Of a stretch of 64,000 nucleotides of DNA, positions 27,654-37,790 are shown one piece after another; within the stretch, counting starts at the first letter, position 1, and every line of letters begins with the position of its first letter. A program made the translations under genes and the position numbers. Location of the stretch: assembly GCA_050949565.1 (NCBI GenBank), contig JBMNFY010000007.1:1-64000 (forward strand), written 5' to 3'. The stretch comes from Kiritimatiellia bacterium (GTDB lineage: Bacteria; Verrucomicrobiota; Kiritimatiellia; RFP12; UBA1067). The notes under the pieces are model-generated. The model was given only the letters and a program-made list of their open reading frames with translations, was not told the DNA's origin and ran no database searches.

Positions 27654-30083
27654 TCATTCATCGCGCAGCGATGAATAGGCCGGACCTCCCGCCGCGAGAT
27701 AGCCGCCTGATTCCCCGGTTGGCTTGGCAGACACCCAGAAGGAGTAGAGCGACGCAACGCGAAGCTTGAACCGGAAGCGGACGGGCTTTCCGGCGAAACG
27801 CGCAAGATCGCCACCTTTCCACGTAACCGCGCGCTTGGTCGTATCCTCACGCACGAGCATCGTGCAGTCGTCGGCGGAATAACCCGCAAAGGGCTTTCCA
27901 TTCTCGTCAAGGACCTCCACGGCGAGCGTACCGAAACGCGCATCGGCATTCACGAAGAGGTGGGAGCCGGTAAACACTACCGGGCGCGTCACGAGTTCTC
28001 CCTGCGCGTCCGTCGTCATGCTCGCAAAACCGTCACGCCGCAATATCGCCACGCCCACGGAAAAATTCCAGTGCATGCCGTTGGGGATCACGCACGTCGG
28101 CGGATCGTTTTGAGTGCCGTCGCCGCGCGCGCCCACGTAGTAGAGCCACAGTTGTTCGTCCTTAATCACAAAGCCGCTGGAGCAGGGGCCTACGTAGCCC
28201 GAATCCCAGCGGCCCGAGCCCCAGCCCGAGTCGGCGATCGCAGGGGTGCGGTCGGGACGCGTGAAGTGGAAGCCGTCACGCGAATAGGCGAAGTGCAGGG
28301 TCGTCGTTTTGGGCATACCCGCTTTCGCGGCTAGGTCGTTGTCGCGTCCGCAGAGGATCTTGAAGAATCCGACCATGATCGACTCATAAGGCGTGGCGTC
28401 CACATTGTAGAGTTGAGCATTGCGGTACTCTTTTCTGCCCACTGTACGCGGCAGGTCTTGGTTGTCGCATGCCAGCCACAACGCGCAGTCGGCGGTATTG
28501 GTCTGGTTGGGTCCGTGCCCCATTGGAAAATTCCAACTTCCGCCAGCAATGAAGTCTTGGTGCGCGCGGTAGATACGCGAGCGTGCCCGCCAACTGGCGC
28601 GCAGGCTCCACACCCACTTGCCGAGGAACGGGTTGTAGAACATCGTGGTGCTGTCGCCATGCTGGCCCGTCAGGCGCGCAAACGTCCAGCGGACGCCATC
28701 GCGCGAAACGTACTGGGCGCTGCGTGTGGGATTGCCGCCCGGCGAAATGGACATGCACCAGCGTTCGTAGGGATTCTTGGCCGCGTAGTCCGGCCACACG
28801 CTGAATGTGTCGGCAATCTGATGCGGCAAGAGGACGTTGGTGCCGCTCGCCCCAACCGGCGGACGTTCCCAATGGATGCCGTCCTTCGATTCCGCGAGGC
28901 TGATCTTGCCCGCCCATCCGGAAAGGTACCAGATGCGGAAACGCTGGCGCGTGGGGTCCCACCAGATTGCGCCACCCGGCATGCAGCATCCCGGTGAACG
29001 CGTCAGTTCGTCCTTTGTTTGCGGCCACATCACGGGGTTGCCCGCGTATTGAACCGGCTTGTGGAACGCGCGCGTTACGTTGGTGATCGACTCCACCAGG
29101 AAATCATCCACGAAGAGTTGGCGACCAAGGTCGATCGGAATCACCACCGGGATGTTCGCCGCCTCCAGATAGGGGGCGCGGATCGGGTTCGGGTCACGCG
29201 GATCGATACGCGGCGGCCACTCCTTCGGCAACGTGATGCCGTTGTATAATGTTCGTCCGCCGTCCGGGGTTTCCGGGGTGGTGCGCGAAGGCAAGGTTTT
29301 CCATTGAGGCTGTCCGCGATGGATCGTATCGGGTTGTAAAAATTGGTCGGGCGACAACACGCGATCTGAGAGGCGGCATTGTGAAAGCGATCCGCAAATC
29401 ACGTTGCCGGCTCTGCCGCGCCCGCCGAGGCCAAACCGGCCGCCCTCATCAAAGGACCCCTGGAATGGTTTCATGGACTTTCGGCCCGCGGGCTGGCCGT
29501 CGAGGTAGAGACACCATTCGGCAGTTCCGTCCGCGATCCGGTGAGCAAACGTAAGTGCAAAATGGTGCCAACCGTTCGTGAGCGTGTTGGGGTCCGTCAC
29601 GGTTGTCAGCAGCGAGTCGCCCGCATAGGGGGCGGCGGAAAAGATCTGCCAGGTGAGCCCCGGATGGATGCTGTCGCGTCGGAACGTGAGGAACCAGCGG
29701 TTCGTCGTGTGCGTGAACGCGCTTACAACCATCCACGTCTCACCCTTCTCTGGAAGCCGTGAGAAGTTATACCATCCCTCCACGGTGAAGTCGTTGGTGG
29801 GCGTGAGATAGTGTCCCGCCGTGTCACTGAAGGCGAAGTCCGTCGCGCCGGCGCCTCCACGTGCGTGGAGGGCATAGCGTCCGGTAGTGCCCAGTTCGCA
29901 ATACTGATCGGCATCGACAATCAAAAGGTCATTTGCCGACGAGACCGCGCACCGTCCGTCCGGTATCAGGTTCTCATCGCACCCGAGCGGCCATTCGGCA
30001 ATCGTTCGCGCACATACCCCCGTCGCGGCAGCCGCAAACACCACCGCCATCATCTGTATCCTTGCCGTGTTCATTTTCATCAT
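27654..30083 (-). CDS. Secreted LamG plus five-bladed beta-propeller glycoside hydrolase-like protein (GH32/43/130-like)
   Basis: FTVEGW..WHHFALT..LYLDG LamG domain; RQLFVDDFL, SKDGIHWER, SRDGFHF and LRRDGFAS Asp-box/propeller motifs. Confidence 0.75.
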   Translation of the reverse strand: MMKMNTARIQMMAVVFAAAATGVCARTIAEWPLGCDENLIPDGRCAVSSANDLLIVDADQYCELGTTGRYALHARGGAGATDFAFSDTAGHYLTPTNDFTVEGWYNFSRLPEKGETWMVVSAFTHTTNRWFLTFRRDSIHPGLTWQIFSAAPYAGDSLLTTVTDPNTLTNGWHHFALTFAHRIADGTAEWCLYLDGQPAGRKSMKPFQGSFDEGGRFGLGGRGRAGNVICGSLSQCRLSDRVLSPDQFLQPDTIHRGQPQWKTLPSRTTPETPDGGRTLYNGITLPKEWPPRIDPRDPNPIRAPYLEAANIPVVIPIDLGRQLFVDDFLVESITNVTRAFHKPVQYAGNPVMWPQTKDELTRSPGCCMPGGAIWWDPTRQRFRIWYLSGWAGKISLAESKDGIHWERPPVGASGTNVLLPHQIADTFSVWPDYAAKNPYERWCMSISPGGNPTRSAQYVSRDGVRWTFARLTGQHGDSTTMFYNPFLGKWVWSLRASWRARSRIYRAHQDFIAGGSWNFPMGHGPNQTNTADCALWLACDNQDLPRTVGRKEYRNAQLYNVDATPYESIMVGFFKILCGRDNDLAAKAGMPKTTTLHFAYSRDGFHFTRPDRTPAIADSGWGSGRWDSGYVGPCSSGFVIKDEQLWLYYVGARGDGTQNDPPTCVIPNGMHWNFSVGVAILRRDGFASMTTDAQGELVTRPVVFTGSHLFVNADARFGTLAVEVLDENGKPFAGYSADDCTMLVREDTTKRAVTWKGGDLARFAGKPVRFRFKLRVASLYSFWVSAKPTGESGGYLAAGGPAYSSLRDE

Positions 30084-30113
30084 CGTTACCTTATCTGAAC
30101 CACTACCTGAGAA

Positions 30114-31052
30114 TCACCACTGTTCCGCCTTCGCTATCTTTTGCTTCAAATGCGATAGGTGTAAATCCGGGGACAAGACCCGATCAAACAGGGACACAAC
30201 GGCTTTCTTGTCTCGATCAGTCAGCGCACTCGCTTGTAAGTCCCGTTTTAGGTCAGCAACGACCTGTTCCAGATGCCCCTTATTATCGTCGTTTCCAATC
30301 AGGAGCGGTAACGATGTTAACCTGTCAAAAATGGGCTGAAGCGAACGTTTAACCTGTTCCTTTTTTCCGTCATAGTCGCGGTAGGAAAAATCGACCTGTT
30401 CCATAATCTCCGACGAGAGCAACTCACATGTGCCCGGCAGATAATCCATGCCTGTAAACGGCAGCAACGGTAAAATGGTGTGCATGGATTTCAAGTTGTC
30501 TTTCAAAATCCATTGGGTCACATCAGTCTCAAATCCAATTGCAATGCATCGCACCCAACTTTGGTTTTCATTTCTTAGGCCGTTGATTATCCAATGCAAT
30601 CTGGCACATAGCAAACCAAGGGTATTCTCACCGTTCTCCATTGGAGCAGTAACCACAATATTCGAAAAAAGTACTTGGCCGCACAGCGCAACTGCGCCTA
30701 CTGATTCGTTCGGGAGGCCTCTGTAGTTGCCAGTCTCTACAAGTGGAGAAACATAGCGTTGCATCATGTCGCCGGAAATGGCCTGTATGATATCATCAGC
30801 CGATACGGACTCGGAGTCTGTCGCCTCATCTATTGTCAGCAAAAGACGGCAATAATTTGTTTCGGTTGAGGAAACTCGGATGGGTTTTGGAAATGTCGGC
30901 ATGTCAGAAATAACTTTCACCAAATGTTGCACGAGTCTCCTCTTTTTTTGCGTCGAAACATGCCTATGCAAAAGAAACATTATCTCGAAGATCAGCGTCA
31001 CAATCAGCACGCATCGTATGATCAGCTTTTTGTTTATGAAAAGACGTTTCAT
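30114..31052 (-). CDS. Hypothetical membrane-anchored protein, AT-rich
   Basis: 312-aa ORF with N-terminal TM helix; composition clearly lower in GC than the flanks. Confidence 0.6.
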   Translation of the reverse strand: MKRLFINKKLIIRCVLIVTLIFEIMFLLHRHVSTQKKRRLVQHLVKVISDMPTFPKPIRVSSTETNYCRLLLTIDEATDSESVSADDIIQAISGDMMQRYVSPLVETGNYRGLPNESVGAVALCGQVLFSNIVVTAPMENGENTLGLLCARLHWIINGLRNENQSWVRCIAIGFETDVTQWILKDNLKSMHTILPLLPFTGMDYLPGTCELLSSEIMEQVDFSYRDYDGKKEQVKRSLQPIFDRLTSLPLLIGNDDNKGHLEQVVADLKRDLQASALTDRDKKAVVSLFDRVLSPDLHLSHLKQKIAKAEQW

Positions 31053-31205
31053 TACTCATCCTTTTACACGAATCGTTAGCCCGAGTCAAAAAATTCTTGA
31101 GTTGCACTTGTACTTTGAACGCCGTTACGTTACGGCTCATGTCGGTTTTTTCTTTCCGGTTTACGGAGGCTTGCCCGACAAAAATTTTTGACTATAATGT
31201 TTCGC

Positions 31206-32714
31206 ATGAAAACTACACAGAGGGGAGACTTGCGGCGGCGAGATGTCCTGTGCGCTCTTTTGGGTGCCGCGACGACGTTTTCGTCGTTTGCCGTGTTTGT
31301 GGCATCATCAATCACCTATGCGGCGGAGCCGACGGCCGCCGAAATCGAAAGCGCTATCATTGCTTCCGCTGCGGAAACAGCGGCGTTGCAGGCAAAGCTG
31401 TCTGATCGCGTCTCGCTTGCCGATTACGCGCCGAAGGTCACGGTGGTCAACGGCACGAATGTGTGGACGGCGGCGCTTCAACAGGCAATCGACGAGCACG
31501 AGATCGTTGTGATTCCCGCGCGGCAAGCCACGTACTACATTGACGGAACGGTAAGGATACCCTCCAACCGCCGCATTGAGGCAGAGGGCGCGACGATTGC
31601 GCTGTTGCCGGGTACGGATGTGGTTATGCTGCGCAACGAGAAGGCTGCGGATGGCACGCTCGCACCGACGCACCAAAATCCACGTGACGACAACATCGCG
31701 ATTATCGGTGGCCGGTGGGAGGACTGGCGGCGCGCGCGCGCTGGTTACGGCAGGAGCGGCCGCTGGGATATGTCCGAACGCAAGCTTGGCAACTACTATG
31801 GCGTCTCAACGCTGATGCTCTTCATCTGTTGCGATCACATCACGCTTAAGGGCGTAACCTTCGCGCATGCAAGCGCCTTTGCCTATCAGGGCGGGAACAG
31901 CAGCGATGTCCATTTGACGGACACGGTTTTTGACCGCTGCACGGCCGACGGCTACCATCTAAACGGTAACCTTTCGCGGGTACACATCCGGAATGCGCGC
32001 GGACAGGTGGGGGATGATCTCGTGGCCCTGAACGCCTATGACTGGCTCAATTCGTCGGTGACATTCGGTCCACAGAAGACGATCCTCTGCGAGGATCTGG
32101 AGTTGGTCGGTCCCGGATATCCGGCGATCCGTATTCTGCCGGCCACCTACCGCTACAAGGACGGGACGGAAGTGGACTGTGCGATCAGCGACGTCATCTT
32201 CCGTCGCGTGAAAGGGATCAAGTGTTTCAAGATGTATTTACAGACCCCCAACTATGCGGTCGGCACAGAGCCGGAGTGGTCCAAGATCGGTTCTGGTGGT
32301 AATCTGCACTTCGAGGATATCGAGATCGATCTTGATCGTCCGATCGACCTGTTCGAGGCCTACACCGGCTCCGATCCGGTGCGTGGGCATTTCGGTGCGT
32401 TCGAGTTCGGCGCGAATCTCACCAGCATCCACTTCAAGAACCTCAAGGTGAAGTTCCATGCCGACCGCTATCCACTTTCGCATCTCGCGGTTGTCGGACC
32501 GAAATCGGTGCGCTTGACGGGTAGGAAAGGGGAGCCGCGAGAGGTGTTCGACCCGTATGTCAACTGCCGCGTGGGCAAGGTCGTCGTGGAGAACCTCGAA
32601 GCAACGGGCGTTGTTCCAGCGAAGCTTGTGCATGCCACCGTTTTTGACGATGTGAACGGCGACGGGCGATCCTCCGGACGCGGCGAAATAGCGGATATTC
32701 GGATCTCGAAGTAG
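31206..32714 (+). CDS. Pectin-lyase-like beta-helix protein (GH28-like) with Tat-like leader
   Basis: LRRRDVL leader; TAALQQAID, DGYH and GDDLVALN motifs. Confidence 0.75.
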   Translation: MKTTQRGDLRRRDVLCALLGAATTFSSFAVFVASSITYAAEPTAAEIESAIIASAAETAALQAKLSDRVSLADYAPKVTVVNGTNVWTAALQQAIDEHEIVVIPARQATYYIDGTVRIPSNRRIEAEGATIALLPGTDVVMLRNEKAADGTLAPTHQNPRDDNIAIIGGRWEDWRRARAGYGRSGRWDMSERKLGNYYGVSTLMLFICCDHITLKGVTFAHASAFAYQGGNSSDVHLTDTVFDRCTADGYHLNGNLSRVHIRNARGQVGDDLVALNAYDWLNSSVTFGPQKTILCEDLELVGPGYPAIRILPATYRYKDGTEVDCAISDVIFRRVKGIKCFKMYLQTPNYAVGTEPEWSKIGSGGNLHFEDIEIDLDRPIDLFEAYTGSDPVRGHFGAFEFGANLTSIHFKNLKVKFHADRYPLSHLAVVGPKSVRLTGRKGEPREVFDPYVNCRVGKVVVENLEATGVVPAKLVHATVFDDVNGDGRSSGRGEIADIRISK

Positions 32715-32720
32715 TGGCCG

Positions 32721-32906
32721 AGTGGCCGCAAAGAACGCAAAGACCGCAAAGAAAGAAGAGTGGTAGATACTCCCAGCCAATTCTATGTGCTCTCTGCGTT
32801 CTCTGCGGCTAATCAACTGGTAGAGGCGCCAATTCAATGTGTTCTCTGCGTTCTCTGCGGCTAATCAACTGGTAGGGAGAGTGGCCGCAAAGAACGTAAA
32901 GAAAGG
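32721..32906. repeat. Hairpin-unit tandem array, upstream part
   Basis: Full unit 32721-32827, right-half unit 32828-32879, left arm 32880-32906. Confidence 0.95.
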
Positions 32907-32921
32907 AAAAGGGGTATTGGC

Positions 32922-33311
32922 ATGAGAACTATGAAAGAATTGTGTGACATCGTGCGTGAAACGGCTTATGCAATTCACGTTTATCACGGTCAGGGACATC
33001 TGGAAAAGGTGTACGAGAATGCCTTGGTACATCGTTTGCGTAAAGCAGGCGTGGTGGTCATGCAGCAACATCCGCTCACTGTATATGACGAGGATGGCAC
33101 GGTTATTGGCGAATATCTTGCGGATCTATTTGTGGATGGGCGTCTAATTGTCGAGTTGAAGGCTTGTCGTGCATTGGCGTTGGAACACGTCGCGCAGGTA
33201 TTAGGTTATCTAAAGTCGGCGAGAGTTGAAGACGGGATGCTGATTAATTTTGGGAGCTATCGCTTTGAGGTCAAGAAATTTGCGCTGAGTGCGGCGGTAA
33301 AGAGGATATGA
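32922..33311 (+). CDS. GxxExxY family protein (PD-(D/E)XK nuclease-like)
   Basis: GQGHLEKVYENAL (GxxExxY), ADLFVDG..IVELKA, HVAQVLGYL and GMLINFG. Confidence 0.93.
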   Translation: MRTMKELCDIVRETAYAIHVYHGQGHLEKVYENALVHRLRKAGVVVMQQHPLTVYDEDGTVIGEYLADLFVDGRLIVELKACRALALEHVAQVLGYLKSARVEDGMLINFGSYRFEVKKFALSAAVKRI

Positions 33312-33627
33312 GTGGCCGCAAAGAAAGAAGAGAGGCGGATGTCTCCCAGCCAATTCTATGTGTTCTCTGCGTTCTCTGCGGCTAATCAACTGGTAGAGGC
33401 GGAGAGTGCCGCAAAGACCGCAAAGAAAGAAGAGTGGCAGATACTCCCAGCCAATTCTATGTGTTCTTTGCGTTCTCTGCGGCTAATCAACTGGTAGAGG
33501 TGGAAAGTGGCCGCAAAGAACACAAAGACCGCAAAGAAAGAAGAGTGGCAGATACTCCCAGCTAATTCTATGTGCTCTCTGCGGCTAATCAACTGGTAGG
33601 GGTGGAGGGTGGCCGCAAAGATTGCGG
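33311..33627. repeat. Hairpin-unit tandem array, downstream part
   Basis: Units at 33311-33404, 33405-33505 and 33506-33607, plus a left-arm stub at 33609-33627. Confidence 0.95.
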
Positions 33628-33648
33628 AGAAAAAGGCGCACCGGCCGG

Positions 33649-33677
33649 TTGACGTGCCTCTTTTACTGGCCTACAAT
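33649..33677 (+). promoter_or_regulatory. Sigma70-type promoter
   Basis: TTGACG-17 bp-TACAAT upstream of AGGAG RBS and ATG 33727. Confidence 0.65.
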
Positions 33678-33726
33678 GTGACCATTGTCGTGGTAGAAGG
33701 CGTGTGCTGTTAAACAGGAGACTGCA

Positions 33727-36406
33727 ATGAAAATGAAGATGATTCACGCGAAGGCTTCGATGGTGGTTACTGTGAAGGCGAGAGGAGTCCTGCTCGGCGT
33801 GGCGGCGGGCGTGCTCGGTGCGCTCGCCGTGCGGGGAGATATCGACGATCCGCTGGCCTATTGGAGTTTTGATGACGCGGAGAACCTGCTTGTCAACCAG
33901 GTGACGCCCAGTCCGCATCACAATGCGTCTGTGCTTTTAGGGACGCCGGTCGCTGGAGTCGCCGACGGCGCGTCTGGCATCGTCGGCAACGCGCTATTGC
34001 TGGATGGAACCGCTGCTATCCGGTTGCCGTATCACCAAGATAACCTGGGAACCTCGTTCACGCTTTCGCTGTGGTACTGGCAGCAGACGAACGACACGCG
34101 CCAGAGTGTCTATCAGACGCGCGACAACTACACGGCCACCTACGAGGCCGAGATCGGTGCTCATAGCCGCTTTGCGAGTTATGCTGGACAGGACTACGTC
34201 GGTGCCATCACCACCGAATTGCGGGAGTGGGTGCATTTGACCCATACGTTTGCCACGGTCGGACGGCACGACCACGCTCTCCGTGTACACCAACGGTGTC
34301 TTTGTGTTCAGCCACAGTGTCGGCAGCGGTGCCGTGTTCGGCGGGAGTGAGATCAGGGGGATTAGAGGGTTCCACATTGGTGCCGCACGCGGCGATTTGG
34401 TGTTTGGCGGTTGGGGCTGGCGCTGTTTCAAGGGGATGATCGACGATCTGGCGCTGTGGGGACGTGCGCTCTCCGCCGCCGAGGTCGAGGCGGTCTACCA
34501 GCGCGGTGTCAGCGGGGCGAAGCTTGCCTTCACGCCGGCGCCGGCGCCGGTGATCTCACTGGGCGGGAAGGATCTTTCCTTCACGCTGAACACAGACAGC
34601 GGACTGCCCGCTGGCATGTTTAACAACGGCTGGCTGATACACAACGTGCAGGACCCCGCTTATCCCTACGTGGCGGCTGACACAGCCAGGCCCGTGCTCG
34701 ACTACGTGCCCGACACGGCGGGACACGCGGAGGGGCCATTCAACGCCGAGGTCGCCGATGTGAAATGGAGGGTGCCACTGACCGATACGATGCGGCAACT
34801 TTCGCAAGGCGATTTCACGCTGGAGACGTGGTTCCGCACGACAGATGGCGGCCGGGGTACGGTGATGGGCAATTTCTATGGTCAAACCCTCGGTGTCGTC
34901 AATCTTGAGTTTTTTTACGACAACCAAGTCCGGCTCTATCTGGGCATTCCTAATTACGGAGACATAGATTTTAAGGCGACGGCCACCAACGTGAACACCC
35001 GTAACGGTCAGTGGCACCATTTGGCTGGCATCCGGCACGGCGACACGCTGTATCTGTAAGTGAACGGAGTAGAAGTGGGGACACGAACCATAGCACCGAG
35101 TTCCTACGCTCTTCTAGGCGATTACCTGTATCTGGGACGTGATAGCCGAACCGCTGTCGCCTTTAAAGGCGAAATGGGGGAAAGCCGCGTCTGGATGCGT
35201 GCGTTGAGTACCAACGAGTTGGCGGAGATCGTCGCCTTCGGCGTGCCGGGCAGCGATGCGCTTTCAAAGGATGATCTGCTCGCCGAGTACGATCTGCACG
35301 CGCCCTTTAATGCCAGCAAACCCTGGACAGGTTGGCCGGGCTATCGGATCCTGCTTGGGGCACCGAAGCTCGGAAGGGTTCCGATGACTAATTTCACCTG
35401 CGAAGCTGTTTTCCGCACGACGTCGACAGGTGCGGGGGCTCTAATGGGGAACTGGTCCAACCATGTGTACAACACGGTGAATCTGCAGCTTGAAGGTCCG
35501 AACGTTGTACGGTTTTATCTACGGAATACGGATGCCGCGACCTGGCTGAGTGTCACGCCTACGGATATCAATACGCGCGACGGCCAGTGGCACCGGCTGG
35601 CTGGCGTCCGGGGCAACAACACGATGGCACTGTACCTCGATGGACAACTGATGGGCAGTCAGGCCGAGACGCTGGGGGCGTATCCGTTGCAAGGGCCGTA
35701 CTACTATCTGGGGCGCGACGGTCGCGCCGATGCTGGCTTTTTGTTCAGGGGCGATATCGCTGCCGCGCGGATCTGGACGCGCGCGCTGAGTGCCGACGAG
35801 CTGGCCGGACTGGCGGCTTCCAACGCGGTGCCGGCCGACGGGCTGCTCGTCCAGTACACGCCCATGCTGACCAACTCGCTGACCACGGCGGGCTTCCCGG
35901 GCAGCCGCTTCCTGCGCTCGTTCGTGACCCTGACGAACAGTGCCGCGCTGGTTTTTACCGATCTGCCGCAACATGACAAAATCGGTCTGGGCATGATGCT
36001 GGCGCAGCTCGGTCAGATGAAGCCGACGGCGAAAGGCGACCGCTTCATGATCCGGGTCGACGGGACGGAGGTGCTCAGTGTCGGTCTCGGCCCCAACCAA
36101 GGCGCAGAGCCGCAGATCAGCACGTTGAGTTTGTTCGGCGAGGCGACGAATGTCGAGGTGTTCACGAGTACCCTGACGTGCGGCGATGACCTCTTCTTCT
36201 GCGGCACGGCCTGGAGTGACTATCGTGACCATGTGTACGATCTCGCGTTGCTGGAGCCGCTGCAGAACATTCCGCATTCGGCCGACACCTTGCTGGTTGA
36301 GATTATCGGCGTTCAGGATGCCATTCCCGAAGAAGCGAGTTTCGGGTTCGACCGGTTCGAGTTGACCGTTTACCCGCGCCGTGGCACGATACTTTTCTTG
36401 CAGTAA
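33727..36406 (+). pseudogene. Multi-LamG secreted protein disrupted by a +1 frameshift and a nonsense codon
   Basis: Extra G at 34261 (HTFATV|DGTTTLSVYTNG) and TAA at 35057-35059 within DTLYL*VNG; ends YPRRGTILFLQ. Confidence 0.85.
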
Positions 36407-36476
36407 TGATCAAGGGAACCACAGAGGCACGGAGGCACAGAGAGTTTCTTAATGTTTTTCCTGTTTCGTCAATCAT

Positions 36477-36594
36477 GTGGCACGGGCATCTTGCCCGTGT
36501 TTGCCTCATGGGCGGGACGCCCATGCCACAAGGGGGGGGGCACGGGCATCTTGCCCGTGTTCGCCTCATGGGCGGGACGCCCATGCCACAAGGG
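36477..36594 (-). repeat. Two tandem 60-bp REP doublets
   Basis: CACGGGCATCTTGCCCGTG..CATGGGCGGGACGCCCATGCCACAAGGGG repeated with a 60-bp period. Confidence 0.9.
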
Positions 36595-36630
36595 GCTACA
36601 GACGGGGATTGCATAGGAGGATAACGTGAA

Positions 36631-37776
36631 ATGGCACCGATAGAGATGCTCAGAACGGGGGACCACCCCGACTTGTCGCGCCGTGATTTTCTGGCGGCAT
36701 CCAGCTTTTTGGCGGTGGGGATCGGCTTGGCCGGTAGCGCGGCCCTCGGACAGGACGCGGCGCCCGCCCGGCGCGCACCCATAAAAATCGGCCAAATCGG
36801 TACCGGCAATCAGCATGCCTACAAGATGTCCACGCTACGTAAACTGCCTGAGTTGTTCGAGGTGGTCGGCCTGGCGGGCGACCATCCGGGCGCACCGGGA
36901 AAAATGCCGGGGAATGCATGCTACAAAGGACTCAACTGGATGAGTCAGGAGGATCTGTTGGCGATCCCCGGGCTTCAGGCGGTGGCCATTGAGACCGAGG
37001 AGCGCATCTGCATTCCTCCCGCTCTGCGCAGCATCCGCGCCGGCAAGCACATCCATCTGGATAAGCCGTGTGGCGAGTCGCTACCGGCGCTCCGTACGCT
37101 GCTGGATGAGGCGAAAGCCCGGCAGCTCACGGTGCAGGTCGGTTATATGTATCGCAACAACCCAGCCGTGCAGTTCTGCATCAAAGCGGTGAAAGAGGGG
37201 CTGGTCGGACGGGTTGTCGATTTGGATGCCTCGATGGGCCGATATGACGGCCAAGGCTACCGCAATCTCATCAAGCAGTACAAGGGCGGCATCCAGTATA
37301 TTCTGGCTTGCCATTTGATCGACCTGATGGTCACGATCATGGGCGCGCCGGAACGCGTGACGCCGTATCAGCGCTGTACCCGTGGCGACGGGGTGCTTGA
37401 CAACGGTTTGGCGGTGTTCGAGTTTGACGGCGGGCGGTTGGCGACCGTCCGGACCTCCATCACCGAGGCGCAGGGATTTGTCAACCGGCGCTTCAAGGTG
37501 ATGGGCGATAAGGGCACGATCATCATTGATCCGCTTGAGTCGCGGGGTAATATGTCGGGAGGCGTTGTGAAGCTCTTTCTGGAAGAGGCACGTGACGGAT
37601 ACAAGAAGGGGGGACAGACCATCGACATGCCGCCGCCGAAAGACCGTTATGAGGATCAGTGGCGCGAGTTCGCCGCCGTGGTGAATGGCGAGATGCTCAA
37701 CCCGTACACCTATGCGCACGATTACCTGGTTCACAAATGTCACCTGCAGGCTTGCGGGATGCCGATCGATGTGTGA
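36631..37776 (+). CDS. Gfo/Idh/MocA oxidoreductase, Tat signal
   Basis: SRRDFL; IGQIGTG; GKHIHLDKP; VGYMYR. Confidence 0.88.
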   Translation: MAPIEMLRTGDHPDLSRRDFLAASSFLAVGIGLAGSAALGQDAAPARRAPIKIGQIGTGNQHAYKMSTLRKLPELFEVVGLAGDHPGAPGKMPGNACYKGLNWMSQEDLLAIPGLQAVAIETEERICIPPALRSIRAGKHIHLDKPCGESLPALRTLLDEAKARQLTVQVGYMYRNNPAVQFCIKAVKEGLVGRVVDLDASMGRYDGQGYRNLIKQYKGGIQYILACHLIDLMVTIMGAPERVTPYQRCTRGDGVLDNGLAVFEFDGGRLATVRTSITEAQGFVNRRFKVMGDKGTIIIDPLESRGNMSGGVVKLFLEEARDGYKKGGQTIDMPPPKDRYEDQWREFAAVVNGEMLNPYTYAHDYLVHKCHLQACGMPIDV

Positions 37777-37790
37777 CCTCGTGTTCGCGG

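Noticed and set aside
32721-33627. CRISPR array interpretation of the repeats around GxxExxY
   Set aside because: The sequence between the repeated arms is itself conserved (no unique spacers), units are ~100 bp, and no cas genes are present.
34250-35062. Programmed frameshift, stop read-through or alternative genetic code in the LamG gene
   Set aside because: No slippery sequence at 34261, TAA terminates other genes normally here, and a single substitution from a Tyr codon explains the stop.
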